This document shows positions 12,252 through 21,874 of a stretch of 34,881 nt of DNA, in pieces. Within the stretch, counting starts at the first letter, position 1. Each line of letters begins with the position of its first letter. Both the position numbers and the translations under genes were made by a program. This stretch comes from Chloroflexota bacterium. GTDB lineage: Bacteria; Chloroflexota; Anaerolineae; Anaerolineales; DRMV01. The DNA lies in contig JAADCW010000009.1 of the NCBI GenBank assembly GCA_013154225.1, forward strand, positions 1 through 34,881. Direction: 5' to 3'. Under the pieces are notes generated by a model. It was not told the DNA's origin and did not search any database. It worked only from the letters and a program-made list of their open reading frames with translations.

Positions 12252-14792
12252 TTAGGGCACAAAGTAAATTGTAACCTCGCCCTGCTGAAAATACACGGGC
12301 AGATGTTGATGGAATTTGTCTTCGTTGACCGCGTAGGTGTTGCGTTCCAGGGGCGCGACCACAATGTAGCGAATATGGTATTGGTCAATGATTTGTCGGG
12401 TGGTTTCCCAATCGCGAGCGGTGTAAAGGGTGGCAATGTCGGTTTCCCGACCTGCAAACAAAGCCGCGCCCCCGCGCCATTGGCTTTCGTGGCCAGGCCA
12501 TCCGAGCACAGTGGGCAGGCCGGTGTAGGTGCTGATGCGGGCATACTGGGTATAACTTCCGCCAACTGCCTCGGCTACCGTGCCCAACGGCGCATGGGAA
12601 AGCACCTGAATGGCCGCCCATTCGTCAGGCAGCTGGCGTTCCAGGTGCGCCCCTGCGTTCAGCGTCCACCCAAATGTGGGGTGGAAATTGTTGGTGCGGG
12701 AAGGCAAAGCCATCGCGGGATAGACCATCCCCGCGGCCAGGGCCAGAAAGCACGCAGTGGTGAGCACGGGCTGCCAGCGTTCTGTGCGCCGCAGGAGCCA
12801 GATAACCGCGTAGGCCGCGGCCAGCCCCCACAAAAGCCAGCCCTGGTAATAAAACTTGAACACCGTGTTCATGCGGGTGCCAAACTGATCCCGCAGATAC
12901 ACAAAATTAGGCGCGAGCACCAAAAGCGCGCCAAAAACCACCAGCAAAAGGGGGAACCCCGCCTGTTTGGCTTGGCTTTGGCTGGGTGTTGTGGCTTTGG
13001 TGGAGGCCAGCAAGCCCCAGGCCATGCCCAGCAAGGCGACCAGAGTCAACGTGCCCCAAGGGCTGCCCAGATGGCGGCGGAAGGCTGCGATGAGCAAGAT
13101 TTGCCACGACGAGGTGCCATTGACGCCCAGAAAGGCTTGCGATGCCTGAAGTAGGGTCAGATTGTCGAACGAACTGCCCAGCACGGGCAACAGCACCACA
13201 ATGCCCCAGGCCAGGATGAGGGCCAGCCCAAACAGCGCCAGAGCGACCCCCAAGGCGGTCAGCAAACCCGTGGTGAGCCGCGCCCGCCGCCGCAAAGCCT
13301 CTGCCCCCAACCACAAAAACAGGGGCACCAACAGCGGGCCAAACATGACCCAGAGTTGCGCGCCTCGGGTGGGATTGATGAGGTTGGGCAAAATGCCGCC
13401 AGCCTGTGAAGAAAAGCCCACATAGAACGGCAAATAGAGCACGCCCCCGGCCAGCCCCAAAGCCACCCCCAGCACGAGGAAGGATTTGACCTGGGAGAGC
13501 CACCCTTGCCAGCGTGCCTGGCGGGCGGCATGGGCCGCGGCAAATAAACCGACGTAGATGGGGAAGTCCCATGTGTTGAGGAAAGCCATCCCGCCCAGCA
13601 CCACCGCGGCCAGGATAAACGCGCCGCGGTTGAGGAAGATGTCATGAGTGATCCAATGGTACAGTGCCCGCACTTGCTGGAAGGCCAGCTGAAGCTCGGC
13701 GCGGATTTTCTCTTCCCAATGGCGCACGTGCCACCACGGGTAAGCCTCAGCATGGGAAAGGGGCGATACCGCGACCCAAGTGTTGGCGCGGGCAACCCTG
13801 CGGCTGCCGCCCAAATACAGATTCAAAGCCAGCCCCACGGCCAGCAGCGCAAAGGGGTAGGCCAACACGTGGGGGTGCAAATCGCCTAAGAGGTAGGAGA
13901 AGAAGGGGAATTCGTCAATGACTTCTTGTATTCCGCCGGCCAAGTTGCGATCGGTGACCACCCGCGACGCGCGCCACCACCACCAAAAGCGCTGGGGCGT
14001 CCACGCGGGCGGGGGCTGGGGGGCTGTGGCCAAATCTTTGATGTCCAGCCACTGCCAAAACGAGGGCGAAAACCAGCCGCGGGCGTGGAAGATTTCCAAC
14101 AGCCCTTCCCAGTTGCCTGTGATGGCCACGAAAAGAGGCCCAAAAAGGGCTGGCGCTGGGTTGCGTGGGCGGGCTAAGTCATACACAATGCCAAAAGCGC
14201 CTACCACGGTGAGGGCAAACACCGTGCTCAGCCCCAAATTGAAGGCAATGGTGCCGCTGATGCCCAGCAAGCGGGCGAGCATGGCCACCATCACATAGCC
14301 AAAATAGTAGTAGGAAATGGCATAGCCCGAAAGCCAGGGGTCGTGGGGCGGAAAAGTGGGGGAGCGCAAAATCGCGTTGATGAATGCCAGTTCCATGGGC
14401 TTTTCTGTGCCCACGGCTTCGGGCACGCACCCGCGCACATACACCCACAGCGCAAAAGCGGCCAAAAAGACGAGTTCTTCCCACAAAATCAGGTTTTTGT
14501 GGTTTTGCACCCAGCGTTTGAGCGCATGGCGTCGGGGCCAGGCAAGCGCCAGGCTGAGGGTTGCCAACAGCGCGGCGCTCCAGAGGATGCCGCCCGGTGT
14601 GTTGAAGGTCAGGTGCAGTGATGCCAGAAGCCAGAAAAAGTACCCCCACAGCAACAGCCCCAACGCCCGGCTGAGGGCATAACCGCGGTCAGGCAGGGCT
14701 GGGAGCAGGCGGTATGCCAGGGGAAAGGCAATCCATCCGGTGAGCAGGAGTGCCAGATACCATGCAATGGCAGCAGAAACCGAGCCCATCAT
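12252..14792 (-). CDS. DUF2298 / TIGR03662 'Chlor_Arch_YYY' family polytopic membrane protein (846 aa)
   Basis: The protein is highly hydrophobic. The signature block is EKPMELAFINAILRSPTFPPHDPWLSGYAISYYYFGY, with YYY codons at 14304..14312. The C-terminal block is YTGLPTVLGWPGHESQWRG...IRYIVVAPLER...IYFVP. Confidence 0.75.
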   Translation of the reverse strand: MMGSVSAAIAWYLALLLTGWIAFPLAYRLLPALPDRGYALSRALGLLLWGYFFWLLASLHLTFNTPGGILWSAALLATLSLALAWPRRHALKRWVQNHKNLILWEELVFLAAFALWVYVRGCVPEAVGTEKPMELAFINAILRSPTFPPHDPWLSGYAISYYYFGYVMVAMLARLLGISGTIAFNLGLSTVFALTVVGAFGIVYDLARPRNPAPALFGPLFVAITGNWEGLLEIFHARGWFSPSFWQWLDIKDLATAPQPPPAWTPQRFWWWWRASRVVTDRNLAGGIQEVIDEFPFFSYLLGDLHPHVLAYPFALLAVGLALNLYLGGSRRVARANTWVAVSPLSHAEAYPWWHVRHWEEKIRAELQLAFQQVRALYHWITHDIFLNRGAFILAAVVLGGMAFLNTWDFPIYVGLFAAAHAARQARWQGWLSQVKSFLVLGVALGLAGGVLYLPFYVGFSSQAGGILPNLINPTRGAQLWVMFGPLLVPLFLWLGAEALRRRARLTTGLLTALGVALALFGLALILAWGIVVLLPVLGSSFDNLTLLQASQAFLGVNGTSSWQILLIAAFRRHLGSPWGTLTLVALLGMAWGLLASTKATTPSQSQAKQAGFPLLLVVFGALLVLAPNFVYLRDQFGTRMNTVFKFYYQGWLLWGLAAAYAVIWLLRRTERWQPVLTTACFLALAAGMVYPAMALPSRTNNFHPTFGWTLNAGAHLERQLPDEWAAIQVLSHAPLGTVAEAVGGSYTQYARISTYTGLPTVLGWPGHESQWRGGAALFAGRETDIATLYTARDWETTRQIIDQYHIRYIVVAPLERNTYAVNEDKFHQHLPVYFQQGEVTIYFVP

Positions 14793-14799
14793 TGCTCTC

Positions 14800-17700
14800 T
14801 CATGGGGTGAGGGGTGAAAGCGGCGGCACTTCGTAGATGACTGTGTCGCCTATGCGGAAAACTTCGAACCAGTAGCGCCCGTTGTATTGGCTGAATTTGT
14901 TCAGCCCTGGGCCGGGGTAATAAGCGCGTTCCAACTGCCCCACGATGATGTAGCGGACGTTGTACTTGCGCAGGAAATCCAAAGCATGTTGGATGTCGGT
15001 GGTCATGTAGAAATCGTGCACTTCAGAGACCCGCTGTTCGACCCACAAGGCATTGACGACCCCGCGCTGTTGCCGCTGATGCCAGTTCCAACCCACAACG
15101 CCGGGCAAGCCGGTGTAGATGGTGAAGCGGGTGCCCCAGCGGTATTCCACAGTGTTGCCTTCCACAATCACGGGCGTACCTTCCGCGTGTTCCTGCAGCC
15201 AGCGGATGGCCGCGTAGTCCTGGGCGAGGTCCATGTCCTTGTTTTGGTCAAAGTAGTGGGCGTATTGCATGTAGGCCATGCCGTCCAGGGTATGAGGCGC
15301 TTCTGGGGCCATGCGGTCTTGCATTTTGGCCGCGCCGCCGATGATGGGGAAAAGGGCCGCGCTCCAGGCCAGCACCATGAGGGTCACACCCCACCATTGC
15401 CGCACGCGCGGGCGGTGATAGCACGCGCTGGCCACCAGGTCGCCCAGGGCCACAGCCGCGGAAATGCTGAACAAAGTCCATACCTGGAAATAGAATTTGA
15501 ACACTGTGTTCATGCGGGCAATATCGCCCTGAAGCACCACCAGTTCGACCACCAGGGTGAGCACCAGGCCGGTGCCAAACATGACCAGCACGATTTGTTC
15601 GGCCAGAGGGCGGCGAGGGCGCAGGAGCAGGGCGGCATCCCACGCGAGCAGGGGCACCACCAGCCAGGCAATCCGTACATGGAATGCTGCCAGACCCGCG
15701 GTAAGGGCAAAGGTCAACAGCAGGGCGATGGGCACGGTGTTGCGCCCAACTTTGGCCCACCAGCGCAGGCCTTCTACCGCGGGCGTTTCAGCCAGCCAGC
15801 GGCGGGTTTGCCACCACAGCCACGACACCAGCACAAACAGGAACAATCCCCAATGCACCAAATACGCGCTAATGGGGGTATGCGTGCCGCGCCAAAGGCT
15901 AAATTTGGTGTAGCCTTGGGCATACCAGTGGGCATAAGGCTGGTAGAACAGCAGGGAAGCCAGCACCAGCCAGGCCGCGGCAGCCACGGCTGCCCCCGCG
16001 CGGCGTTCCCACCGGCGATCTTTACGCGCGTGCCAGGCTGCATAGGCCGCGGCCAACATGCCCAGGCCCAAATAGGTAGGAAAGTCCCACGTGTTGGTAG
16101 GGCGCAGGGCGCCGATGATCAACCCGCCCCAGGCCAGAGAGCCAGCCCACCAACGCCAGTCTGTGCGGTGATGCCGCACCCACAACAGCAGGCCTACGGC
16201 CCAAAGTAGGGCCAGCACAGTCAGGCCCAAAGCCATCAGATGGGCGTGTAAGTCTGCATAGAGGAAAGTGAAGAAGGGGAACTCGGTAATAGGCTCGATT
16301 TCGCCCGGCGCGGGGATGGCGCGGCTGGGGAACCAATACCAATCGCCGATGCCGTAGGGCAGGTGCGAGCCTTTGAGGGTGTCGAGGAAGCCCAGCACAG
16401 CCCAGCCGATGTGTTTGAGCAGGCCGCCCTGGCTGATGTCGCCGCCGGGCGCGACCAGTTTCTGGAAGCCTTGCCAAATCATTTTGACCGTGCCCAGGTT
16501 GCCCAAAAGCACCATGCCCACAGCGCCGGCCAGGCCGACCAGCCGAGGAGAAAGCTCCCGTTTTCCCAGAGCGGCATACAGCCCCCGGGCCAGGGCAAAG
16601 GCGGTCAGGGCCACGGTGGCAAACAGGGTAGGCAGTACCAGGTTGTAGGCAAACGTGGGAGCCAGCCCCAGCAGTTTGACCGGCATCCCCACCAGCACAA
16701 AGCCCCAGTAGTAGTAGTTGATGTAGCCGCCGGCGAACCAGGGGTCGTAGGGCGGGAACGTGGTGCTTTTCAGCACCGCGGTGAAATACGACAAATCCAT
16801 GGGCTTTTCCCCGCCCTTCCAGGGGTGCCAGAGGTCGGGGTTTTGCCAGCGGATGTACAGATCCAGCAGGAAGAAGGCCAGGAAGAAAGCCTCAGCCCAG
16901 AGAATTTCCCGCTTACGGCGGCGCAAATCGTGCCAGATGTCTGGCCACTGCCGCCACGCCGCCCAGGCCGAAGCCGCGGCCAGGGCAAGCAAGATGCTCA
17001 ACAGAGCGCCTCGGGTTACGGCCAGGCCTGCACTGCCCCACAGCCAGGCCAGGTAGGCAAAGAGCAGCATACCTGCCAGCCGCGCCGCGGGGTAGCCGCC
17101 ATCGGGAAAAGCGGAGAAAAAGGGGCGCAACAGCGGCCATGCTATCCAGCCCAACAACATGATGAGCAGATACCAAGCCACCACCCCCAGCCCATGCCAG
17201 CGGTTGAGCGGGTTCCCTGAGGAAAAGAGCCGATGGAAGGTGCCGCTGATTTGTTGCAAGCCCCACCGGGCTGGCGGCAGAAGCAGATTGGCCGGATGCG
17301 GCGGCGCTTCGCCAGGCAAGACGTGCACCACCATGTCCAGGTTGACTGCATCCAGCACCGCGTGCACGTAACTGCGGTCGTAGTTGCTCCAGTTTTTGCG
17401 GAAGACAAATACTTTGGGGTGGTCGTAAACGGTAAAGGCTTCTTCGGCAGGCTGATCGTTGACCCGCACAGGCCCCAGCGAGGGGTCGGATTCAAAGATC
17501 GCGACCAAATCGTAGCCCAAATCGCCCTGATAGGTGCCCACCTGGGCGACGTTGTAGCAGTGTTCTACCGTTTCCCAGGGCGGGCAACCCAGCAAATGGC
17601 GGTAGTAGGCGTTTACCAGGGGGTAGCGCTCGGGCAGGCGGGGCAGGCTTCCCCATTGGCGGCTGGAAGTGATGAGGATGTAGTCCGCGCTGTCGAGGAT

Positions 17701-19641
17701 GCTTTCCATGCGGTTGCGCTTATCCGCGTTGTCGTCGTAATACATTTCAAAGTTCAACCCCTGATAGATGCCGCCAAAGGGGTCGTAACCGTCCATGCGA
17801 AGGGGCAGACCGTCGTCCCATGAGGTTTCGTTGGCAATGGCAGGCCCAAGCACCCGCACCTGGCCGCGGTCAATGCTCAGGGTAAGGGTGTAGGTTTCGC
17901 CTTCGGTGAGGGCAATAGGGGTTTGGAAGGTCAGCGCGAGGTTTTGGGGCGCCGCGGCAGGGTCGGGCAGGGGGTAAACTTCCGCGCTGGAAGTGCCCAG
18001 CGCCGTGTCTTGCCCCAGCGCGTGCAGGGTGGCTTTGATGGTGAGGGGCACTGCGCTGGCGGGCGTGGGCGCGGCCAGGCGGTAGAGGCGGATTTCCGGC
18101 AAGGTGCCGCTGGCGCGGGCGCGGAACGTCAGGGTGAGGGGCGTATCAGGGGTGATGTCGGGCAGTGCAGGTTGATCAGCGCCCCCGCGCGGCGGCACGG
18201 GCAGAAGTTGTGAGGTAACCTGCCCGTCGGGCGTGTGGATGGGCAGGGTGACCGGCCCGGGGATGTTTTGGAAGATCCACTCGGTCGCGGCAATGCGGGT
18301 GTGGGGGCGGTGATAAATGCTGACAAACCCAAACGCCCAGGCCGCGGTCAGGGCAAGCACTGCCCCGCCCCCGAGCCAGGCCAGCCATCTGCGCTTGCGC
18401 AGGCGTTCGGCAAGATGCACCCACAACCACGCGGCCATGATAGCCATGCCGGGGTACACCGGCAAAAGGTAGCGCATGGTGGGGTTCCACAGGGTGGACT
18501 GCCAGGCAAAGTAAAGCGCGGTCCACCCCCACAGCATCGCCACCGCGGCGTTTTCTTCTTGGCGCGCCAGCCGCCACCCCAGCCACAGGAAGCCCGCCCA
18601 CGCGCTCAGCCCCAAAGGTAAACCCAGTCCCCAAAGGGTGAGGTTTTGCCCTGCAAACCAAATGGGGCGCCGTGCCCACTGCATCGCGGGGGGGAAGTCT
18701 GCACTTCCACTGGCCTGGGCTTTGAGCGCGCGCAGGTTGTCGAGCCATTGGGGGTTGATGCCGCTAAAAAAGCCCGGCCCGCTGAACGCATAAGGTTGGA
18801 AAATGCGGAAAGTAAGCAGGGCGGTAAAGCCGCTCAGCCCCAACAGGCCAAAGAGCCAGGGCGTTTCTTTGCGCTGGGTGTCTGCATCTTGCCGGGCAAA
18901 ACGCACAAGCGCGGCCACAGGAAGCAAAACAGCCACAGGCGCGGCGCTGATTTTGGATGCCATGGCCGCACCATAGGCGACACCAAAGGCCACAAAAAGC
19001 CATGTGTCAGCACGAAGCGGGCGCCGCGCGGGTTTGCGCACGATTTCGATGGCCAAAAGCAGGCTGAGGAAGGTGAAAAGATTGAAGAAATTGTCCACTG
19101 TGAAGAAGTGGGATTGCTGAATTTCCATCACAGTGAACGCGGAGAAGGCCGCGGCCAGCAAGCCGACGCGGCGGTCAAAGAGCCGCGCGGCCAAAACATA
19201 CACCAAAAAGACCAGCAGAAGATCGGCCAAGGCAGAAAGCGCCCGGCCAACCAGGTGGATTTGTCCGTAACCGGTTTTGTGGAGCAGTTCGCCCACGTAG
19301 CGGGTGATGAAGAGGGGAAGGGTGCCGTAAACGTAGAAGCCAAACCCTTGGTTCGCGGGGTTGAGGCTGGAATGGGCGGTGTCGAAGTATTCCCCCAGGC
19401 TGTGCACAGGCTGGATGGCGCTTGCGACCATGGTCAAGAAGCGCTCGTCAGGGTGCAGGTGCTGTTCGCCATCCCAGGCGATGCCTGTGGTGCGCAGGTA
19501 GAGCCCCAGGAGGAGGACCACCACCAGCGCGGCTTCGTATAGCCAGATGGGGAGCGCGCCGCGGCGCGGGCGCGTGGCCGTTTGCACCGTGGGGGCAGGC
19601 GCTTCGTCAGGGGATGGAGAAAGCGGGTTAGCGTTCGTCAT
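14800..19641 (-). CDS. 1613-aa fusion protein: N-terminal GT-C-like module, central extracytoplasmic domain and C-terminal DUF2298/YYY module
   Basis: Residues about 30-445 (nt 18307..19554) are polytopic, with first-loop HLHPDERF (19438..19455). Residues about 455-815 (nt 17197..18279) are non-hydrophobic. Residues about 817-1613 (nt 14803..17193) are collinear with the 846-aa neighbour. They carry EKPMDLSYFTAVLKSTTFPPYDPWFAGGYINYYYWGF (YYY codons 16708..16716), YTGLPGVVGWNWHQRQQRG and VRYIIVGQLER...VIYEVP. Confidence 0.8.
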   Translation of the reverse strand: MTNANPLSPSPDEAPAPTVQTATRPRRGALPIWLYEAALVVVLLLGLYLRTTGIAWDGEQHLHPDERFLTMVASAIQPVHSLGEYFDTAHSSLNPANQGFGFYVYGTLPLFITRYVGELLHKTGYGQIHLVGRALSALADLLLVFLVYVLAARLFDRRVGLLAAAFSAFTVMEIQQSHFFTVDNFFNLFTFLSLLLAIEIVRKPARRPLRADTWLFVAFGVAYGAAMASKISAAPVAVLLPVAALVRFARQDADTQRKETPWLFGLLGLSGFTALLTFRIFQPYAFSGPGFFSGINPQWLDNLRALKAQASGSADFPPAMQWARRPIWFAGQNLTLWGLGLPLGLSAWAGFLWLGWRLARQEENAAVAMLWGWTALYFAWQSTLWNPTMRYLLPVYPGMAIMAAWLWVHLAERLRKRRWLAWLGGGAVLALTAAWAFGFVSIYHRPHTRIAATEWIFQNIPGPVTLPIHTPDGQVTSQLLPVPPRGGADQPALPDITPDTPLTLTFRARASGTLPEIRLYRLAAPTPASAVPLTIKATLHALGQDTALGTSSAEVYPLPDPAAAPQNLALTFQTPIALTEGETYTLTLSIDRGQVRVLGPAIANETSWDDGLPLRMDGYDPFGGIYQGLNFEMYYDDNADKRNRMESILDSADYILITSSRQWGSLPRLPERYPLVNAYYRHLLGCPPWETVEHCYNVAQVGTYQGDLGYDLVAIFESDPSLGPVRVNDQPAEEAFTVYDHPKVFVFRKNWSNYDRSYVHAVLDAVNLDMVVHVLPGEAPPHPANLLLPPARWGLQQISGTFHRLFSSGNPLNRWHGLGVVAWYLLIMLLGWIAWPLLRPFFSAFPDGGYPAARLAGMLLFAYLAWLWGSAGLAVTRGALLSILLALAAASAWAAWRQWPDIWHDLRRRKREILWAEAFFLAFFLLDLYIRWQNPDLWHPWKGGEKPMDLSYFTAVLKSTTFPPYDPWFAGGYINYYYWGFVLVGMPVKLLGLAPTFAYNLVLPTLFATVALTAFALARGLYAALGKRELSPRLVGLAGAVGMVLLGNLGTVKMIWQGFQKLVAPGGDISQGGLLKHIGWAVLGFLDTLKGSHLPYGIGDWYWFPSRAIPAPGEIEPITEFPFFTFLYADLHAHLMALGLTVLALLWAVGLLLWVRHHRTDWRWWAGSLAWGGLIIGALRPTNTWDFPTYLGLGMLAAAYAAWHARKDRRWERRAGAAVAAAAWLVLASLLFYQPYAHWYAQGYTKFSLWRGTHTPISAYLVHWGLFLFVLVSWLWWQTRRWLAETPAVEGLRWWAKVGRNTVPIALLLTFALTAGLAAFHVRIAWLVVPLLAWDAALLLRPRRPLAEQIVLVMFGTGLVLTLVVELVVLQGDIARMNTVFKFYFQVWTLFSISAAVALGDLVASACYHRPRVRQWWGVTLMVLAWSAALFPIIGGAAKMQDRMAPEAPHTLDGMAYMQYAHYFDQNKDMDLAQDYAAIRWLQEHAEGTPVIVEGNTVEYRWGTRFTIYTGLPGVVGWNWHQRQQRGVVNALWVEQRVSEVHDFYMTTDIQHALDFLRKYNVRYIIVGQLERAYYPGPGLNKFSQYNGRYWFEVFRIGDTVIYEVPPLSPLTP

Positions 19642-19664
19642 AGGCTGTACCCATGGGGTGAGGC

Positions 19665-21872
19665 TTACGGCACGTAGAACATGAGGAAATCTTTCCCTGG
19701 CGTGGGGCTGTGGTAGAGCCGCACCACGCCGTTGGGGTAGAGGTGCTGGAGTTTGTCCAGGGTTTCGGCGTCTTCGGGTTTGACAATGAACAACTTGGGC
19801 GGTGGCACGTTGAGGGTGCTTTCCAGCTGTTCCCGCGGCAGTGCCAAATCGGTAATTTCAGGGAAGAGCCCCGCGTTGATGGCTACCAAACGGGTGTCCA
19901 CCCAATAGGGATAAGGCACAACCCAAACCGCGTGGGGATTGCCGCCTTCAGCCACAAATTCGTGGATCACCGCGCCAATTTCCGACGTGTTCCATGAGCC
20001 CAGACGGAATTCATCGGCATATTGATGGAAGACCAGGTCGTAATTTGCCCGGGCGGCCACCAGCGCGAGCACCGCGATCATGCCCACGCCCAGCCATTGC
20101 CCCAGCCGCGGCCGCCAGTCGCGTAAGGCCTGGCGCAGTGCATCCGCGCCCATCCCTACGATGACGAACACCGGAATGTAGGCCGCGCCCGTGCGGTTGA
20201 GAGAGGGGTTTTCGTTGGGAAAGGCCAGCGAGAGGATGGACGGCAGCATGAGCAGGGGGATGCTGATGACCAGGAACGCGTCTTCCCACGTTTTGCGGCG
20301 GCTGTAGCGCAGCACGGCCACAGTCAGCCCCAGGGCATACAGGGCCGCGGTCACCCAATCGAGCGCAGGCCGATGGGGCACGGAATGTACCCAGATTTCG
20401 CCGTTGTCCCAAAAGGGCATGAGCCAGGCTTTGAAGAGGTTGGAGAAGAAGATGACCACCGGGTTGCCGGGGTAGGGGCGTTCCAACTGCCCCAGGCGGG
20501 TGGCTCCCCGATAGAAGAACATATCCCAATGCCCCAGCATGTAGCGGAACAAGGGCAAAAAGACCATGAACGAGAGGAGCGCGGTCAAAGCCAGGCCGAT
20601 AAGGGCGCGTTTGCGGCGGTCGGTTTCCCGCTGGTGCAGCAGGAAGAGGGCCACGCCCGCCAGCAGGGTGATGGGGATCATCCGCGAGGGGGAGTAGCCG
20701 TGCACGCCAATGCCCAGGAAAATGCCTGCCCAGATGAAATCGTTGCGCCGTCCGTGGCGCAAGCCGCGCACAAAGAAATACAGGGTCGGCGCGGCAAAGG
20801 CAGGGTAGAGGGCAAAGCGCAAAGCCACCCGAGCGATGACGTTAGGCCAATAAGCAAACGAAGCAAACAACACCGCCCAGAAGCCTACCCATTTGCCGCC
20901 CAGTTCCTTGCCCAATAAGTAAACGAAGGGCAAAGTGAGCAACCCCATGGTGGTCATGCCGATTTTCAGGCTCAGGAAAGAGAAGCCAGTGCCCAGGCAT
21001 TTGATGATGCACGCGGTGAGGTACATCTGGATGGCTTCGCGGCCGGTGTTGCGGGGGAAGAAGATGCGGGTTTTGCCCGCGAGCACGTCCGCGATGTCGA
21101 GGAGTTTTTCCGCATGGTCGGAAAACATCTCCGCGGGCACGCTTGCAAGATGCAGGTAGCGGAAGTAGAGGGCAATCACGGCCACGCCCAGCAGCGCGGC
21201 GCACCACGCGGGCTGACAGCGCCACGGTTTTTGACGCCGAGGCGGGGCATAAAAGGCCGCGGCAGTGAAGCCCACACTGCTCAGCCAGAGCAAGGTGTTG
21301 AAAAGGATGAAGCGGTTGTTTCCAAAGGCGGCAAAAGCCCAAGCCCCCAAGATGATGCCCAGAGCCAATGGAATGACGCGCACCCGCACCGGGCCTTCGG
21401 CGTCGGCTTCCCATTGGGCGGGTGCCAGATCGGGAATGCGCCACGAGCCCCGCAGGGCTGCCCAGCCCCATGCGGCCAGGGCCAGGGCGTAGGCAATGAT
21501 GCCGAGTTGCCAGTTGCGCCCCGGCGGCTCCATGACCCGCTGGGCCAGCAAGGCCATGCCAAACCCCAACAGAAGCGCCAGAGGAAAGGCCGCACGCGGC
21601 GGCGTGGACGCGGGCTGTGGTGGGGTTTCTTCCACGGATGCGGTGGCTTCCTGCGCGGTGAGGGTTGCTTCGGTAGGCGGGGAAGGCGTTTCTGTGATGG
21701 GAAGGCGGGCTTCGTCGTTGGTTTGCGGGCTTTCCTGGTCGGCCAATGCGGCCTGCCACAGCTGGGCTGCGGCTTCGTCGGAAAGCGGCCGCCACCCCCT
21801 GGGGCGAAGTTCCCGAGGAAGATGGGCTGCCAGACGCCCTTTGATGTAATCCAAGAGGCTGAGGTCGGTCAT
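19665..21872 (-). CDS. GT-C family (PMT_2/ArnT-like, GT39-like) polytopic membrane glycosyltransferase candidate (735 aa)
   Basis: This lies within ORF 19665..22094. I trimmed it to the ATG at 21872 (MTDLSLLDYIKG), which sits 2 nt after the methyltransferase stop and has GAGG 6 nt upstream. The N-terminal ~95 aa form a Pro/Thr/Glu/Ala-rich tail, followed by at least 11 hydrophobic segments. The loop motif is VPAEMFSDHAEKLLDIADVLAG...NTGREAIQMYL. The C-terminal soluble domain ends FLMFYVP. Confidence 0.65.
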   Translation of the reverse strand: MTDLSLLDYIKGRLAAHLPRELRPRGWRPLSDEAAAQLWQAALADQESPQTNDEARLPITETPSPPTEATLTAQEATASVEETPPQPASTPPRAAFPLALLLGFGMALLAQRVMEPPGRNWQLGIIAYALALAAWGWAALRGSWRIPDLAPAQWEADAEGPVRVRVIPLALGIILGAWAFAAFGNNRFILFNTLLWLSSVGFTAAAFYAPPRRQKPWRCQPAWCAALLGVAVIALYFRYLHLASVPAEMFSDHAEKLLDIADVLAGKTRIFFPRNTGREAIQMYLTACIIKCLGTGFSFLSLKIGMTTMGLLTLPFVYLLGKELGGKWVGFWAVLFASFAYWPNVIARVALRFALYPAFAAPTLYFFVRGLRHGRRNDFIWAGIFLGIGVHGYSPSRMIPITLLAGVALFLLHQRETDRRKRALIGLALTALLSFMVFLPLFRYMLGHWDMFFYRGATRLGQLERPYPGNPVVIFFSNLFKAWLMPFWDNGEIWVHSVPHRPALDWVTAALYALGLTVAVLRYSRRKTWEDAFLVISIPLLMLPSILSLAFPNENPSLNRTGAAYIPVFVIVGMGADALRQALRDWRPRLGQWLGVGMIAVLALVAARANYDLVFHQYADEFRLGSWNTSEIGAVIHEFVAEGGNPHAVWVVPYPYWVDTRLVAINAGLFPEITDLALPREQLESTLNVPPPKLFIVKPEDAETLDKLQHLYPNGVVRLYHSPTPGKDFLMFYVP

Positions 21873-21874
21873 GG

